Positions 48,341 through 60,421 of a DNA stretch of 64,000 bases are shown in pieces. The notes below the pieces were generated by a model. That model was given only the letters and a program-made list of their open reading frames with translations. It did no database searches and was not told where the DNA came from. A program made the position numbers and the translations under genes. Source of the DNA: Bigelowiella natans CCMP2755 (taxonomy: Eukaryota; Protista; Cercozoa); assembly GCA_000320545.1 (NCBI GenBank), contig ADNK01001958.1, positions 1-64,000 of the forward strand, given 5' to 3'. Numbering within the stretch: the first letter of the stretch is position 1; each line of letters begins with the position of its first letter.

Positions 48341-50539
48341 ATGGTGTCCACGATGCATCACCGAAAACGGCCTCCGAGCGCATTCAGGGAAGCTTGGGGT
48401 TCCAAAAGCGCCGCGTCGTCAGGGTGGCGAGAAACTCTCCCCAGCGATGATGGTAAAAAGAGGGAAGCGAGCGACCTGGTGCATATTGTTTGGTTCAAAA
48501 CAACAGATCTTCGGATCCATGATCATGCCCCTCTTACTGAGGCTCACGCCGCTGCCGCGAGAACGCATGGTAGCGTTCTTCATATACTAACATTGGACAA
48601 TAAGTGGTATGGATCAGAAGCGAAATCGAGATGTCTGAAGATAACGCGTACAGGTCGACGCAGGGCCGAGTTTTTGCATAACAGCATCGTTGACTTGAAG
48701 AAAACCCTCTCCCAACATGGACAGGAGCTACACGTGTACTTTGGCTCCTCTCGGGATGCATTTATAGAGCTGAAATCTATCTTCAGAAACATTGTGAAAG
48801 TGCATGCCCACGGACCTGAGTTTATTGATGAGGAGAAGCAGGTCGAAGATAGTGTGTGCGCTGAGCTCGGAGACTCCATTCCCTTGTCAACACACTGGGG
48901 ATGGACACTTCATCACATTGATGACCTCCCAGCATCTATGAAGAAGGGAGAAAAGACACCAGGACGGTACAAACCTTTCTTAAAAATGGTCCAGAGAGGA
49001 AAGAAATCGGCAACGGCACGAGATCCATTTCCAGCACCGGGAATATGGGCCTCTCAGGCAAGGTTTGAACCACCAGCTGTCCCCGGCTCCAAATGGATGC
49101 TTCCGAGCCCTTTACAATTATCTGGAGAAGAAATAAAGATAAGAAACCCGATTGAGACTGAGGGAGGGGAGCAGATGGGACTGCAGGCCATGAAGCGTTA
49201 CATTTGGACAGAAGATAGGTTGCGTAAATACGTAGGCTCAAGCGACTCCATGTCTCCAGGCAAATACAATGCCCTCAATTCAACCACAGGACTTTCAGCA
49301 TATCTTGCACATGGTTGCATCTCTCCTAGACTGCTTTACGCAGAAGTGCAACAATATGAGAAGAAGAGGGTTAAGAATCGATCAACATATTGGGTATTCC
49401 ATGAGCTTGTTTTCCGTGATTTCTTCGTGTTCAGTGCCATTCGATGGGGAAACACTTTGTTCCATAGGCGTGGTCCATTAAACTCATCAGGCCATCCTTG
49501 GAGGAAGGATAATGCGGAGACGCGTAGGCTTTTCCGAAGATGGACCGAGGGGCTGACAGGATACCCATTTGTCGATGCGGGAATGCGACAACTCCGGACG
49601 GAGGGCCGTATGCCTCATTTACTCCGACAGATCTGTGCTGGATTCCTCGTTCGCGACTTACGCATTGACTGGAGATGGGGGGCTGAGTGGTTCGAGAGAC
49701 AGTTAGTAGACTACACGCCTGATGCAAATTGGGGGAATTGGGGCTACAGAATCCTCCCGGTGCAACAGCTCCTCCCTCTGGAGCAGAAGCATCTGACAAG
49801 CCTAGAGATCCTTAGTTGGCCTGTGGTGCATGACCCACATCAGGAATACATCCTCAAATGGATCCCGGAACTAAGACAGCTTGTGACAACAACGTCCTCG
49901 AGTGAAAAGGCTTGTGATACAGTAAACATACGAGAGCCGTGGAGGTTGGCCAAAGGATATCGAAGAGTCGCCCGCATTGACATCACACCAAAGCGGGACT
50001 CTCCTGTCTGGATTATGAGTGTCAATCGGAACAACTGGCCAGAATACCAGCAAATGATGACAGGATCAGCCTGGACACTACAGTTTGCGGAGGGAAGCAA
50101 GCAGTCATTATCCAAGGGAAAAGATGGGTCAATCTCGTCTTCAACTTCCATGGAGGACCTGCCCGTCATCGATGCAAGGCTGTGCCCTTACGTGCATCCT
50201 GTGGTGACACCAGTTGAGCTGGAAATTCTTTATGATAAGATTCCTGTTGATCACTCGTGGGGTGAAGGCAGAGGAGGAAAAGGAAGAGGAGGAGGAGGGG
50301 GAGGAGGAGGAGGAAGAGGCCGGCGGAGCAAAAATAGCAGGAAGAGAGGAGGCCAGATCCGCAATCACAGGAAGAACACCAGCAATGGAGTAACTAGTAC
50401 CGGTGGCAAAGTAGAAAGAAGGGGAGATGTTCGATCACGGGTCTCCACCAACCGTCGTCGTCGTCGTCATCGTGGTATTGTAAACAGACAGGATTTACCC
50501 CAGAAAAAAGCTAGTGCCGCAGATGGTACATGGTCTTGA
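48341..50539 (+). CDS. Cryptochrome/photolyase-family protein, CRY-DASH-like, intronless
   Basis: WFKTTDLRIHDH, LSAYLAHGCISPR, NRSTYWVFHELVFRDFF, TGYPFVDAGMRQL, IDWRWGAEWFE..VDY..NWGNW. Confidence 0.9.
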   Translation: MVSTMHHRKRPPSAFREAWGSKSAASSGWRETLPSDDGKKREASDLVHIVWFKTTDLRIHDHAPLTEAHAAAARTHGSVLHILTLDNKWYGSEAKSRCLKITRTGRRRAEFLHNSIVDLKKTLSQHGQELHVYFGSSRDAFIELKSIFRNIVKVHAHGPEFIDEEKQVEDSVCAELGDSIPLSTHWGWTLHHIDDLPASMKKGEKTPGRYKPFLKMVQRGKKSATARDPFPAPGIWASQARFEPPAVPGSKWMLPSPLQLSGEEIKIRNPIETEGGEQMGLQAMKRYIWTEDRLRKYVGSSDSMSPGKYNALNSTTGLSAYLAHGCISPRLLYAEVQQYEKKRVKNRSTYWVFHELVFRDFFVFSAIRWGNTLFHRRGPLNSSGHPWRKDNAETRRLFRRWTEGLTGYPFVDAGMRQLRTEGRMPHLLRQICAGFLVRDLRIDWRWGAEWFERQLVDYTPDANWGNWGYRILPVQQLLPLEQKHLTSLEILSWPVVHDPHQEYILKWIPELRQLVTTTSSSEKACDTVNIREPWRLAKGYRRVARIDITPKRDSPVWIMSVNRNNWPEYQQMMTGSAWTLQFAEGSKQSLSKGKDGSISSSTSMEDLPVIDARLCPYVHPVVTPVELEILYDKIPVDHSWGEGRGGKGRGGGGGGGGGRGRRSKNSRKRGGQIRNHRKNTSNGVTSTGGKVERRGDVRSRVSTNRRRRRHRGIVNRQDLPQKKASAADGTWS

Positions 50540-51437
50540 CAAAATTGCAGGTCACATAGAATTTTAGCTGTGGCTTGGTCACAAGTCATGTTTCAGCGCT
50601 CGATCTCTGTCTGAATAAACTTGCAAGTAAAAGCCTCCATCCATGTTGCAGATTGGCGCTGGCAATGATTCCCATCATCGATCGAAAATCATTCAGATGC
50701 ACTGTTGCAAATGATGCTTGATGACAACATTGCATGAAAGAAGTATCGAACGTTAGTTCTTCAAGCATGCACAATGCAACATCATCGATTAAGGCGCATA
50801 GCAAGCTTTAGTGCGCAGATACATGTTACACGGACTAGTAGAGTCCATGTACGTGTACGCGTAAAAACACATGCACATTTTAATTATTCATGTGTGCTAA
50901 AATGTACATGTATACTTTTCACATCCACATATGTACCAATCATGTCACGACACATGTTCTAAGAGCAGTCTGTGGATACATGTGTCCATTTAGACATTTG
51001 TGCGCTGCTTTGTGCCACACATGAGTTTAAAGGTACATGTGAAGTGGTCGATGCACATGTCACAGCCACAACACACGCATAGGGACTCATAGAGTCAACA
51101 TGATGTGCACGTACATGCATGTGTTTCATTGCGCCCACATGTGCACGCAGCGACGACGCGCATGTACCAAGCATCATGGACAATGCATGCCAAAGCAAGA
51201 TTCGAATTCTGGCCTTGCACACATTACTGTTGTCGATGTGATCGATTCAATTATGAATGGAGGTAGTACTTACGTACACATGTGGCTGTCATGTGGAACA
51301 CAACTCCTACATTCACTGTTAATTTCTTATTTGGACTAATAGACATATTAATTTGCCGTTTCGTATTTGAAACGCACGTCAATTAAAATTCTTAATTCTA
51401 TCTTAACAGCGCTGAATAAATATTCTCATATTTTTCA

Positions 51438-53643
51438 CTATATATACTCGATAAAATCTACATTAATCTTTTTATGTTCCATATCAACTTTGAAAACCCT
51501 AATTCTAATTTTTTGCCCCTCTCTCAAATCCTCCTTTTTTGGCCCAGCAAGACGTTTTTTGGACGCATAAAACATAAGACCTTCCTTCTCATAACATCCA
51601 AAATCAACAAAGCATCCAAAGCTATAAAGCTGGGTCACGATACCAACATAATCTCTTCCTACATGCACTTCTTTTAGAGAGACCTTTCGATTGTTGTGGC
51701 TGCGATTTTCTGTTTTCTTTTTGTTGTGATCAGCGCCCTCCCTCATAAGTTCCCCCTCTCTTGTTCCCACAGTCTTACCCACCACCTTATATTCTTTTGA
51801 AAAACTCGCTGCATCATTCATGTTCGATTCTTCAAGTTTCTGCTCCAGCATGAACATCGGAATATCATCGACCGCATTGTTCTCAGTAGTATTCGCATAG
51901 TCGATTTTACATTTTGAGAACGATGCAGCCCTTTCCTCTGACTTCAATTCCGTACCGAGGTGAGGGAAATCGTCTTCTTTGGTTACAAAATTACTTTGAG
52001 GCTGCTCGTTGTAAACTTCTTTTACACCGTTGAAATCCAAATTAATTCGTAATTTATCTTGTGTGTGAACTGCATGAATCCTAACTTTCACTATCTGGCC
52101 GAGTTTTAGTGTATGGACGAGATTTCCTAGCCTATTTGCATGTAGCAATCCATCCTTCTCGTAAACGTTGATATCAACAAAAACTCCAAATGAAGTAATT
52201 TTAACAACTCTCCCCTCACAGATGCTGTCTGGCTTGAGATCTGTAATGGATCTTTTCCCCCCCCTTGGAACCAATTCCTTCTTCGTCCTTCTTGCTGCTG
52301 TAGGAACGGTATTTACGTCCTGTTTTTTGGGGGGCTTATCCTGTTTCAATATTGCCGCGAAACTCCTTTTGTTTTCCTCCTCCTCCTCCTCCTCCTCCTC
52401 CTCCTCCTTCTCCTCCTTCTTCATTTGATCTGATCCAAGTATGACTTTCGTCGGACAGATCACATTCAATCTTGCTGATGCTATCTCATGTTTCCATCCA
52501 GCCCCGTGAATAGGTTGTTGCTGTCTTTGTTCAAACTCTGCATTGGTGACTTCTGATTCCTTTTCAATGTTGTTTCTTTGTGCGCTACAACTCTCTTTGT
52601 AGGAGCTGCCTCTTCGCTTATGGCCACAGTACCCACAGAACAAAAAATCTCTCGGGAGTTGACCTGAACATTGGCGACAAGTCCATAAAGCTTTGTTTCT
52701 GTGGAAGCGAGCCATTTTTTCTTGGTGGTGCTTCAATTTCTCAGACGTATGCTTGCTTCTCTCTTCTCTAACCTTCGAAATAGACGGGTCGATTTTGTTC
52801 CCTTTCATCGAACTGTCTTCTCCCTCATTGCAATCATGAACATCCAACATTTCGACTGCCGTTGGAGTCTCTTTGTCGCATGTATGCGCACTCGGGATCG
52901 CGAGGTCGGATCTTGATCCTTTTGTTGATTTACTTTCATTTTCGATATTCCTTTTTGCACTCATCCCATCATCATCTTTCACCGTCGCTTCCCTAACTTT
53001 TTCCATATTCAACCTTCCTGATATAATCGGTGCCCTAGCAAATACCATTCCTAGGTGCTCAGTTTGTATCGCTGCAACTTGGATAACATCCCCAGTCTCA
53101 AGATGACTCCTCAAGTCTTCGCAGCTTCTAGGGGATAGCGACAACCAACATGCATCCTTATCACCAAGCAGATTAGAACTGCATGTAGCTTCTGGCGGTC
53201 TCAGACCAAATTCTCTTGACAATATTCCAATTAATCCCCATTCGAATTCTATCTGGGCATATTTCTTATCAACAGCCATCACAACCACAGGGTAAACCTA
53301 AATAGGTAGATGCTACACTGGAAGCTCTTCCTCGCATGAATTAGGTGTCTAGTACCTGTCCAGACTCCAGCTTGTCCGTTATAACACCGTCATCCAAAGC
53401 GAAGGATAATTCGGAGGCTTTGCACGCCGTAACCTTTTGAATGTATTTAATCATACCTATACACTCTGTCTTTCTACTTCTATCCCCTACCTCGATCGCT
53501 GTGGCAATGGATTTCATTGATCTTGACTGCACGTCGCACTCATTTGTCTTTGTCGAGCAAATACTTTCATCTGTCGTTGGCTGCTTGTGGTTGCTACTTG
53601 GGTCTTCCTTCTTCTTCGTCATCGTCGTCGTCTTTTCTTTCAT
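51438..53643 (-). CDS. S1 RNA-binding domain protein with Zn ribbon; one intron (about 53298-53355)
   Basis: GRVVKITSFGVFVDI..DGLLH and GIVTQLYSFGCFVDFG..EGL S1 repeats; CRQC..CGYCG. Confidence 0.8.
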
Positions 53644-54030
53644 CGTACTTTCCGTTGTTGCGCGCTTCTGCGCTCGTTGCGACGACCGGATGAAACAAGG
53701 GAAAACAACTGTCTGTTTTCGGTAGTTTTTATGTCGTATATGCAAAACGGCCTGTAAATGATCCCAATTTTCACAGTCTGACTATCTTCGAGTCTCCCGG
53801 AAGCGGCTCCAATGTTCTCGAGAAGGATCTGGATGATCGCAACAGCCGTAGGCCATTCAGAAGGTACGTCTCATAAAAAATGATGTCGCATTGGATGACG
53901 ACCGATGTGAATAGGAACAAACGCCGGTCGTTTTCCTTTGGAGACTAGTACATTCTTCTGTATTTTTAGGAATAGTAACTTGGACCGTCACCATCACCAT
54001 CACGGTTGATGAGGGAGATCTGACTAGATC

Positions 54031-54316
54031 ACCTCCCCCACTTTCTACCCAGAAAACTTTGACTAAGACAAGAGAAACGAAAGAATGGATTAGACCCTTG
54101 TTCTGGGTCAAACATAAACACTTAGTTCATGTGTCTTTCCTTTGTACGAATGAAGTATTTCCACAACACCTCTCGTCTCGGGTCTATTTGTAAATCATGT
54201 GGTAGTACTTTCAATTAACACCTCACATTTCATTCAATTCGACTATTCGAAGATGGAGGATTTGTGGTCAACCTCTGTCAATTGAACATATCTGGTGATG
54301 GAACCTAATCCCCAGT
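54031..54316 (+). repeat. Dispersed direct repeat, copy A
   Basis: Shares acccagaaaactttgactaag..gacccttgttctgggtcaaacataaa..gtacgaatgaagtatt, tctatttgtaaatcatgtggtagtactttcaattaaca and gaacctaatccccagt with 61779-62011. Confidence 0.9.
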
Positions 54317-54598
54317 GCATCGGTGACACACAAAAGCTGAATAGATACTGAGGCATTCCCTACAAAAGGGGCCTTTACTATTGCTGTCATTGACGTCATC
54401 CTGGACATTTCACAAGTTTCCTAAAGGATGTGTAGTACGCACTTGTTAATTTTTTTGTTTTTAATTTCAAAGTTGACAATCTGACATCTTTTGGACAAAG
54501 CACAGTTTGCCTGCCGCAGATCGATAGTCGAACAACAATGCACATCCCTATACATTCAACAAGGATGACACACGCAGTAGACTGTGCACGGAGATTCA

Positions 54599-54734
54599 CT
54601 GTGCACGCTAAATTCAGCAGGCGGACGAAGGCAGGTCATATTGTGCATGCACGCACGCAGCAAAAAGCGAGCAGGACAAGTTGAACGACAACGGACATCC
54701 CTTCTTTCGCGCCTGCTGAATTCAGCGGGCACAG
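54599..54734. mobile_element. MITE-like relic, 136 bp, with 25-bp terminal inverted repeats
   Basis: ctgtgcacgctaaattcagcaggcg (54599-54623) vs reverse complement of 54710-54734, ctgtgcccgctgaattcagcaggcg: 23/25 match. Confidence 0.6.
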
Positions 54735-55031
54735 CGACTCTGCTTTGCAAAGCCTGCATGCGTATCCCATGACACATTGTCAAATTTGGTTGTGCACACA
54801 ATGACGCATGATGTGTGATGAATGAATGCGTTGCTGAGCATTTGATCAGATGCCAATAACGTTAGCTACGTTGTGAAAATTCCATCATGAGATTTCTTCT
54901 GCACACCGCTCCTTTGCCAGCGATCTCATCGTCATCCAGACTCAAAAAGATGGCTTCATGAAAACACGCAAAACAAGAAAACTCATGTTCCATCTTTCAG
55001 TGCACTCTGATCATTTCAGGGCACAATGCAC

Positions 55032-55357
55032 TGTAGCGCGTACCACTACGCGGGCACAAGTCACGTGCGACAACAAAGGGGTTGTCGCGGATATAGAATA
55101 TAGATAACGTAGATATTAATACAGCATAGGCACGTGGGTTCCGGCGGGACTCATGGCAGCACACCGGAAGTGTGCTGCCCCACGTGCGGCGGCATTCGCG
55201 AAAGCTTCGCGAATGATTACGCAGTGCACGATTTAATAAAAATATAATCTTTAATAAAAATAAACACAACTCTTCAAAAGGAAGCAAACGTGCCTTTCCC
55301 CCCCCCTGCCTACTTGTGCACGTAGCGCCTCGGCCTGTGAACACCTTACGCGCAACA
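55032..55357 (+). repeat. 5' LTR of copy 2
   Basis: Same 326-bp sequence as the copy 1 LTRs. Confidence 0.97.
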
Positions 55358-55396
55358 ACCTTTGGCTTCCACACACGGGAAACGATTTGACTAACA

Positions 55397-58300
55397 ATGT
55401 CACAGCAGCTAGAAGAACAGCAGGACTTTGGCTCGCAGGCCGTGCAAGGGCACGAGCAGAAACAGGAAAGGAAGGGCGATACGGACGCTAAGGAAGGAGG
55501 AGGAACACCTCCACAGGCACCGCCGGGACCAGCACCCGGGATTAAGAAAGCAGATGCAGCAGCAGAGGCACTGGAGAACTTCTACGAGGCGGACGACGAG
55601 GACGTGGCCGCCGAAAGCAAGAAGGTCGTAATGGCATTACGAGCCTTGCGACCCAGGGCGAGCAACTACGCCAAACTGAAAGTATCGATAGAATACAAGT
55701 ATCAGACACATGATGTTTGGGCAGCTATCATGCAGGACATCATGGATTACGAAGCAGACTTACCTCCAGAGTGGGCAGCTTTGTTTAGGAACGACGGGGG
55801 TCTGGGCGCCTCGCGGGGGACGACCCAGAGCACCGTCAAGCAGCAGCAGCCGGTACAGCGGAACACCCAGTTCATGTCTGTTAAAACAGCACCGGTTATG
55901 ATAACGAAATACAACGGGAAAAGAGGTGAGGCAAGGAGGTGGTGGAAGAACGCTAGGAGTATACTCTGCGACTTTACCCCTAACCCCACCGAAAACGACA
56001 AGCTCAAATGGCTAGCTATAATAAAGCAAGCCATGGACCTTTACGAGACAGGCAGGACCCGGATCAGGCAGCTAGAGAAAATACACACTACAGTTAGTGG
56101 GCTACGAGACGTTGAGGCGATAATGAAGGCTTTTGTAAATGAACAGGATGCTAACTCCCTACCCCAGGCTATTAGAAAATACAGAGCAATGATGCAGCAT
56201 GAGAGAGAACCTGTTAGAGACTTTGCCACGCGCTTCCAGGATATGATCGACGAACTACATGATTTTAATTACAACACAGGTGATGATCAGGCAAGGTTTG
56301 AAGAGTTCAAGTTAAAGATAAAGGAATCCACTTACGTTACGGAGAAAGGCTACACCACGATGGAGGCAGCAGTGCAGGCTATATCCCTACGCGAGCAGGA
56401 GCAGGACCGCAAGTTTACCAGCCCTAAGGTACCTGGCATAGGAAACATTAACGCTATTAAGCCGCAGCGAGACTGGTACAAGGACAGGGAAGGTAACCGA
56501 CGTTGCGGATACTGCTCACGTAAAGGGAAACACACCGCTAAAGACTGCAGAGACAGGAAAGAAGGACGACCCAGGATGACGATCAGGCAGCTCAACGAAC
56601 ACTACGAGAAGTTAAAGAGAAAGAAAGGCAGAGGACAAGGATATAACAACAGCAAATGGCAAGGCAGCAACAACGGGAAGAACAATAAATATAAGAACAA
56701 AAAGCAGAACAGTATCAATGCTATACAGCAGCAGATAAACGGAATATTAGATCACCTTAAGCAGGCGCCGACGAAGACAGCAGTACCAGCAACGCAGGAC
56801 CAAGACAAGCCCATGACCCTAGACGACATAAAGAACTTAGGAGTATGCAACATTAATGACGAAGACGCTAACAGGACTATCAAAGTTGCTATGACCAAGG
56901 TTAAAGTTAAAGACAGCTACGGAGACTACAAGAAACTACCTGCCCTTTGGGATAGTGGCAGCATGCCGAAGTCCTTCATAAGCCTAAGCACAGTAAGAAG
57001 GTTAGGACTATTGGATCAAGTGACTAAGAAAGAACGTAAATATGCTCAAGCAGACGGAAGCTCTTCCATGAAGACCGTCGGTGAGCTAATGCTAAAGCTA
57101 CAGATACCTGGCAGCGACGCGGAGACCCAAATCAAGACCCGAGTAGCCATGACTTTATCCATGGAACTACTCCTCGGACAGGATGCCCTAGAAAAATTAG
57201 GGGGGATCATATCATTCTACAATCACAAGATATACTTTGCTAAGTTGCCAAAGAAGTCAGGCAGGACCATCAGCCAGAACATGATACGGCTTGACGAGTG
57301 GACCTCTGAGTCAAGCGTTAATGCGTTAGAGTTTATGGACCTAGCGGACAACAAGCTACCTACACCTACCGAGCTACGGAAGAAGAACCCCGGCAAGACC
57401 ATCCGACAGATAACGGAGCTACTGGACAAGACCCCCCCAGCTGATGATTGGGATATCGACAAAGGCAAAAAGTACATTAATAAAATATTAAACGAGAAGT
57501 ACTCTGACATCACCAAGCCGACGACGAAGCCCTCCAGCAAGCTTACCCCAGTAAAGATCGAGCTAAAGAAGGGATACGAAGAGTGCATCATCAATGACCC
57601 AGAACATAGGCGACCGGAAGCGGACTGGGAAAAGATAGAGTGGCAGATCAATGAATGGGCAAAGGAAGGGAAGATAGAGCCAAGCAACTCACCATGGAAC
57701 GTGAGACATGTGCTAGCTAAGATACCTACTTACCCTTTCTTCCGCCTGGCGCACAACTTCATCCGCCACAACCGAGTAATAAAGAGGATCCAGACACCTA
57801 CACCAAGGATAGATGACGTTATTGAACACGTCATAGGATACAAATACTACTCTTCCCTAGATAAAAATGAATCATACATGCAGACACCCATCCACAAAAC
57901 CTCCCGCCCCATTACCGCGTTCTCCAGCAGGCACAGGAAGTGGCACTTCGTCGTATTCCCTTACGGCCTAAGCATATCAGGGGATGCGTTCAGTAGTCAG
58001 AACTACAGGGCATACACACATGATGGGATGGCGTCTGTGTTGTGGGTGTTTGTGTTTGTGTATGTGGATGATGACATAATATGTACCAACACAGTCGTCG
58101 CTCAGATCTTCCTCCTGGAAAATATATTTATTAGGTTTGCACACTTCGGTTTTACTATTAGACTGCAGAAGTGTACATTCCTAGCTACAAGAATCAAGTG
58201 GTGTGGATATTACCTGGAGCAAGGCCGCATCACCCCAAACCCCGAGAAAGTAGCAGCACTACAGCAAGCCCCTAAACCTAAGAATGCAAAGGAGTTAAAG

Positions 58301-60370
58301 TCATTCTTGCAGACTGCAGCTTGGATACTACGTAGGTTCTCCCCTACCTACGCTAGGACTGCAGCTGCTTTTACTACTGCTTACCGGAAGGAGAACTCTG
58401 TAGGCCTCAGCTTCGCTAAGGTGTGGGCCAAGGCTGGCCTTGATGCCCACTTCGATAACCTAATAAAGTTATGCAGCAACACCCTATTGAATGCTAAGCT
58501 AGACACTACTAGACCAGCTACCCTATGGACAGACTGGTCTAAGCTAGGTATGGCTGCTGTACTTACCCAAGACCAGCAGATCATACGGGTGTGGGGCAGG
58601 GCCTGCACAGCAGCTGAGGCCAAGTACAGCCCTACAAAAGGAGAGTATAAAGCCATGACTGAGGCGCAGAGGAAACTAAGATACTACCTGCTGTCGGTGC
58701 CCAGCTTCACCTTAATGACTGACCACAAGCCCCTCCTAGGCATCGACCGCAAGCTCGAAGCGCCTAACGATGAGTATGCAGCTATGAGGGCGGACACGGA
58801 AGAGTTTAGGGACAAGAGGACAGTGGTCTACGCACCAGGAGACAAGCAGCTTGCTGACTATTTCAGCAGGCTGTTCGAAAAGAAAGTCCCTACCCAGGTC
58901 ACCCCTATGGTTAACGCGATTACCTTCGAGGACGGCGACTTCCTGCCTGAGCCAGAGGAGCTCCAGCACCTTCAAGAACACCTGGATAAATACAAACACA
59001 AGCATGAGGTACTTAGTGATAGGATATATGTATACACTAATAATGTTAGGCGTACCTACGTGCCACGGCGGACCAGGGGAGCCCTTCTCTTTACCGCCCA
59101 TGGACCTGCACACGTAGGAGAAAACCATATCACTGCTCTACTCTACCATTACTACTGGCCCTACAAGCTAAAAGAGATAAGGACATACCTGCGTGGCTGC
59201 AGGTGCTCCAGCTTGAAGGCGGCAGGCGTCGCCACCAAGGAGTCCAGCAAGAGCCGTGCATCTAAGAAAATCAAAGCAAGGAACTTCTTAGATATCGTGC
59301 AAATTGATGTTTATAAGTACGATGGCTATCACTACCTTACCTTCGTTGATGTGGCCACTGGAAAGTGCTGGGTTAAAAAGATTATCAAGGTCAACGTTGC
59401 TAAGAAGAACAAAGGCTTATATAAGCAGAGGCTTACTAACTGCTACCGTACCTGGGAGTCTGAGCTCCAGGCTATCCCTGATGAAGTTAGCATAAACAAG
59501 ATACCAAAGAAGTTACATGTGGATAATGAGACCTCTCTTCTACAGCTACCACACCCTAATATTGATGCCTCACCTGTATACTATGCCCAGTCCAACTCCA
59601 AGGTAGAGCGACTCCACCGCACCTTGGCCAACCTAAGCAGGATAAATAGCACCACACCAGACAAGATACAAGGGTTAGTAAACGACACCTTCACGTCTGG
59701 GGGAGGTATCAAGGATAAGGAGAGGGAAGAAGGCGACGACAACGACGACGATACCGAGAGCGAAGACGAGAAGGTCCCGTACGATGGCCGAGTTCTAAAG
59801 GAAGGACAGTATGTTAGGGCCAAGGTAAATCTGAGATCGAGAAATAAACAAGACCCCTTCTGGGGTGGCGTTGCAAAGGTTACCGAGAGGAAGGGGAGGA
59901 AGCAGTACTACATCTATGATGGGAACAGGGTCACCTTGCGCCACATCAGTCACCTAAAGAATTATGATATCGGTGAGAAGCTCCTAGAGGATGTTAAAGT
60001 AAACCCTACTGTGTGGGAGCGAGCAATGCCTTGTTTAGGACCCCGACCTAAGTTCGATGTGGAATATGGAAACAATAAGGTCAGGGTGAACGACGATTGG
60101 CGCATGAAGATTGTCTATCTAGGCTACCCTGGATTACGAAATATGGAGAGGGTAGCTATGAAAATAAAGGACGGAAAATATCAGCTACTCTACCTAGCTG
60201 TTCCCGACTTACCCTTTGAGCACTGGTATAAGGTCCTGGGGGACCTTGATGCAGAGGGCTGGTATGGACACGAACCTAAGGACGAAGGTGAGTTCTGGGT
60301 AAGCGACAAAGGAGATAAGGTTAGAGAGGAATCTATTACCTGGTGGTTGGTGAAGTTCCGAAAGCGATGA
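55397..60370 (+). CDS. Gag-Pol polyprotein, 1657 aa (copy 2)
   Basis: Same as copy 1 except VLAKIPTY vs VLAKKPTY (T57723 vs A19345). Confidence 0.97.
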   Translation: MSQQLEEQQDFGSQAVQGHEQKQERKGDTDAKEGGGTPPQAPPGPAPGIKKADAAAEALENFYEADDEDVAAESKKVVMALRALRPRASNYAKLKVSIEYKYQTHDVWAAIMQDIMDYEADLPPEWAALFRNDGGLGASRGTTQSTVKQQQPVQRNTQFMSVKTAPVMITKYNGKRGEARRWWKNARSILCDFTPNPTENDKLKWLAIIKQAMDLYETGRTRIRQLEKIHTTVSGLRDVEAIMKAFVNEQDANSLPQAIRKYRAMMQHEREPVRDFATRFQDMIDELHDFNYNTGDDQARFEEFKLKIKESTYVTEKGYTTMEAAVQAISLREQEQDRKFTSPKVPGIGNINAIKPQRDWYKDREGNRRCGYCSRKGKHTAKDCRDRKEGRPRMTIRQLNEHYEKLKRKKGRGQGYNNSKWQGSNNGKNNKYKNKKQNSINAIQQQINGILDHLKQAPTKTAVPATQDQDKPMTLDDIKNLGVCNINDEDANRTIKVAMTKVKVKDSYGDYKKLPALWDSGSMPKSFISLSTVRRLGLLDQVTKKERKYAQADGSSSMKTVGELMLKLQIPGSDAETQIKTRVAMTLSMELLLGQDALEKLGGIISFYNHKIYFAKLPKKSGRTISQNMIRLDEWTSESSVNALEFMDLADNKLPTPTELRKKNPGKTIRQITELLDKTPPADDWDIDKGKKYINKILNEKYSDITKPTTKPSSKLTPVKIELKKGYEECIINDPEHRRPEADWEKIEWQINEWAKEGKIEPSNSPWNVRHVLAKIPTYPFFRLAHNFIRHNRVIKRIQTPTPRIDDVIEHVIGYKYYSSLDKNESYMQTPIHKTSRPITAFSSRHRKWHFVVFPYGLSISGDAFSSQNYRAYTHDGMASVLWVFVFVYVDDDIICTNTVVAQIFLLENIFIRFAHFGFTIRLQKCTFLATRIKWCGYYLEQGRITPNPEKVAALQQAPKPKNAKELKSFLQTAAWILRRFSPTYARTAAAFTTAYRKENSVGLSFAKVWAKAGLDAHFDNLIKLCSNTLLNAKLDTTRPATLWTDWSKLGMAAVLTQDQQIIRVWGRACTAAEAKYSPTKGEYKAMTEAQRKLRYYLLSVPSFTLMTDHKPLLGIDRKLEAPNDEYAAMRADTEEFRDKRTVVYAPGDKQLADYFSRLFEKKVPTQVTPMVNAITFEDGDFLPEPEELQHLQEHLDKYKHKHEVLSDRIYVYTNNVRRTYVPRRTRGALLFTAHGPAHVGENHITALLYHYYWPYKLKEIRTYLRGCRCSSLKAAGVATKESSKSRASKKIKARNFLDIVQIDVYKYDGYHYLTFVDVATGKCWVKKIIKVNVAKKNKGLYKQRLTNCYRTWESELQAIPDEVSINKIPKKLHVDNETSLLQLPHPNIDASPVYYAQSNSKVERLHRTLANLSRINSTTPDKIQGLVNDTFTSGGGIKDKEREEGDDNDDDTESEDEKVPYDGRVLKEGQYVRAKVNLRSRNKQDPFWGGVAKVTERKGRKQYYIYDGNRVTLRHISHLKNYDIGEKLLEDVKVNPTVWERAMPCLGPRPKFDVEYGNNKVRVNDDWRMKIVYLGYPGLRNMERVAMKIKDGKYQLLYLAVPDLPFEHWYKVLGDLDAEGWYGHEPKDEGEFWVSDKGDKVREESITWWLVKFRKR

Positions 60371-60421
60371 AGGTCTAAGGGAATAAGGAAGGAAGGAAGG
60401 AGCAACGTGACTTGGGGGAGG

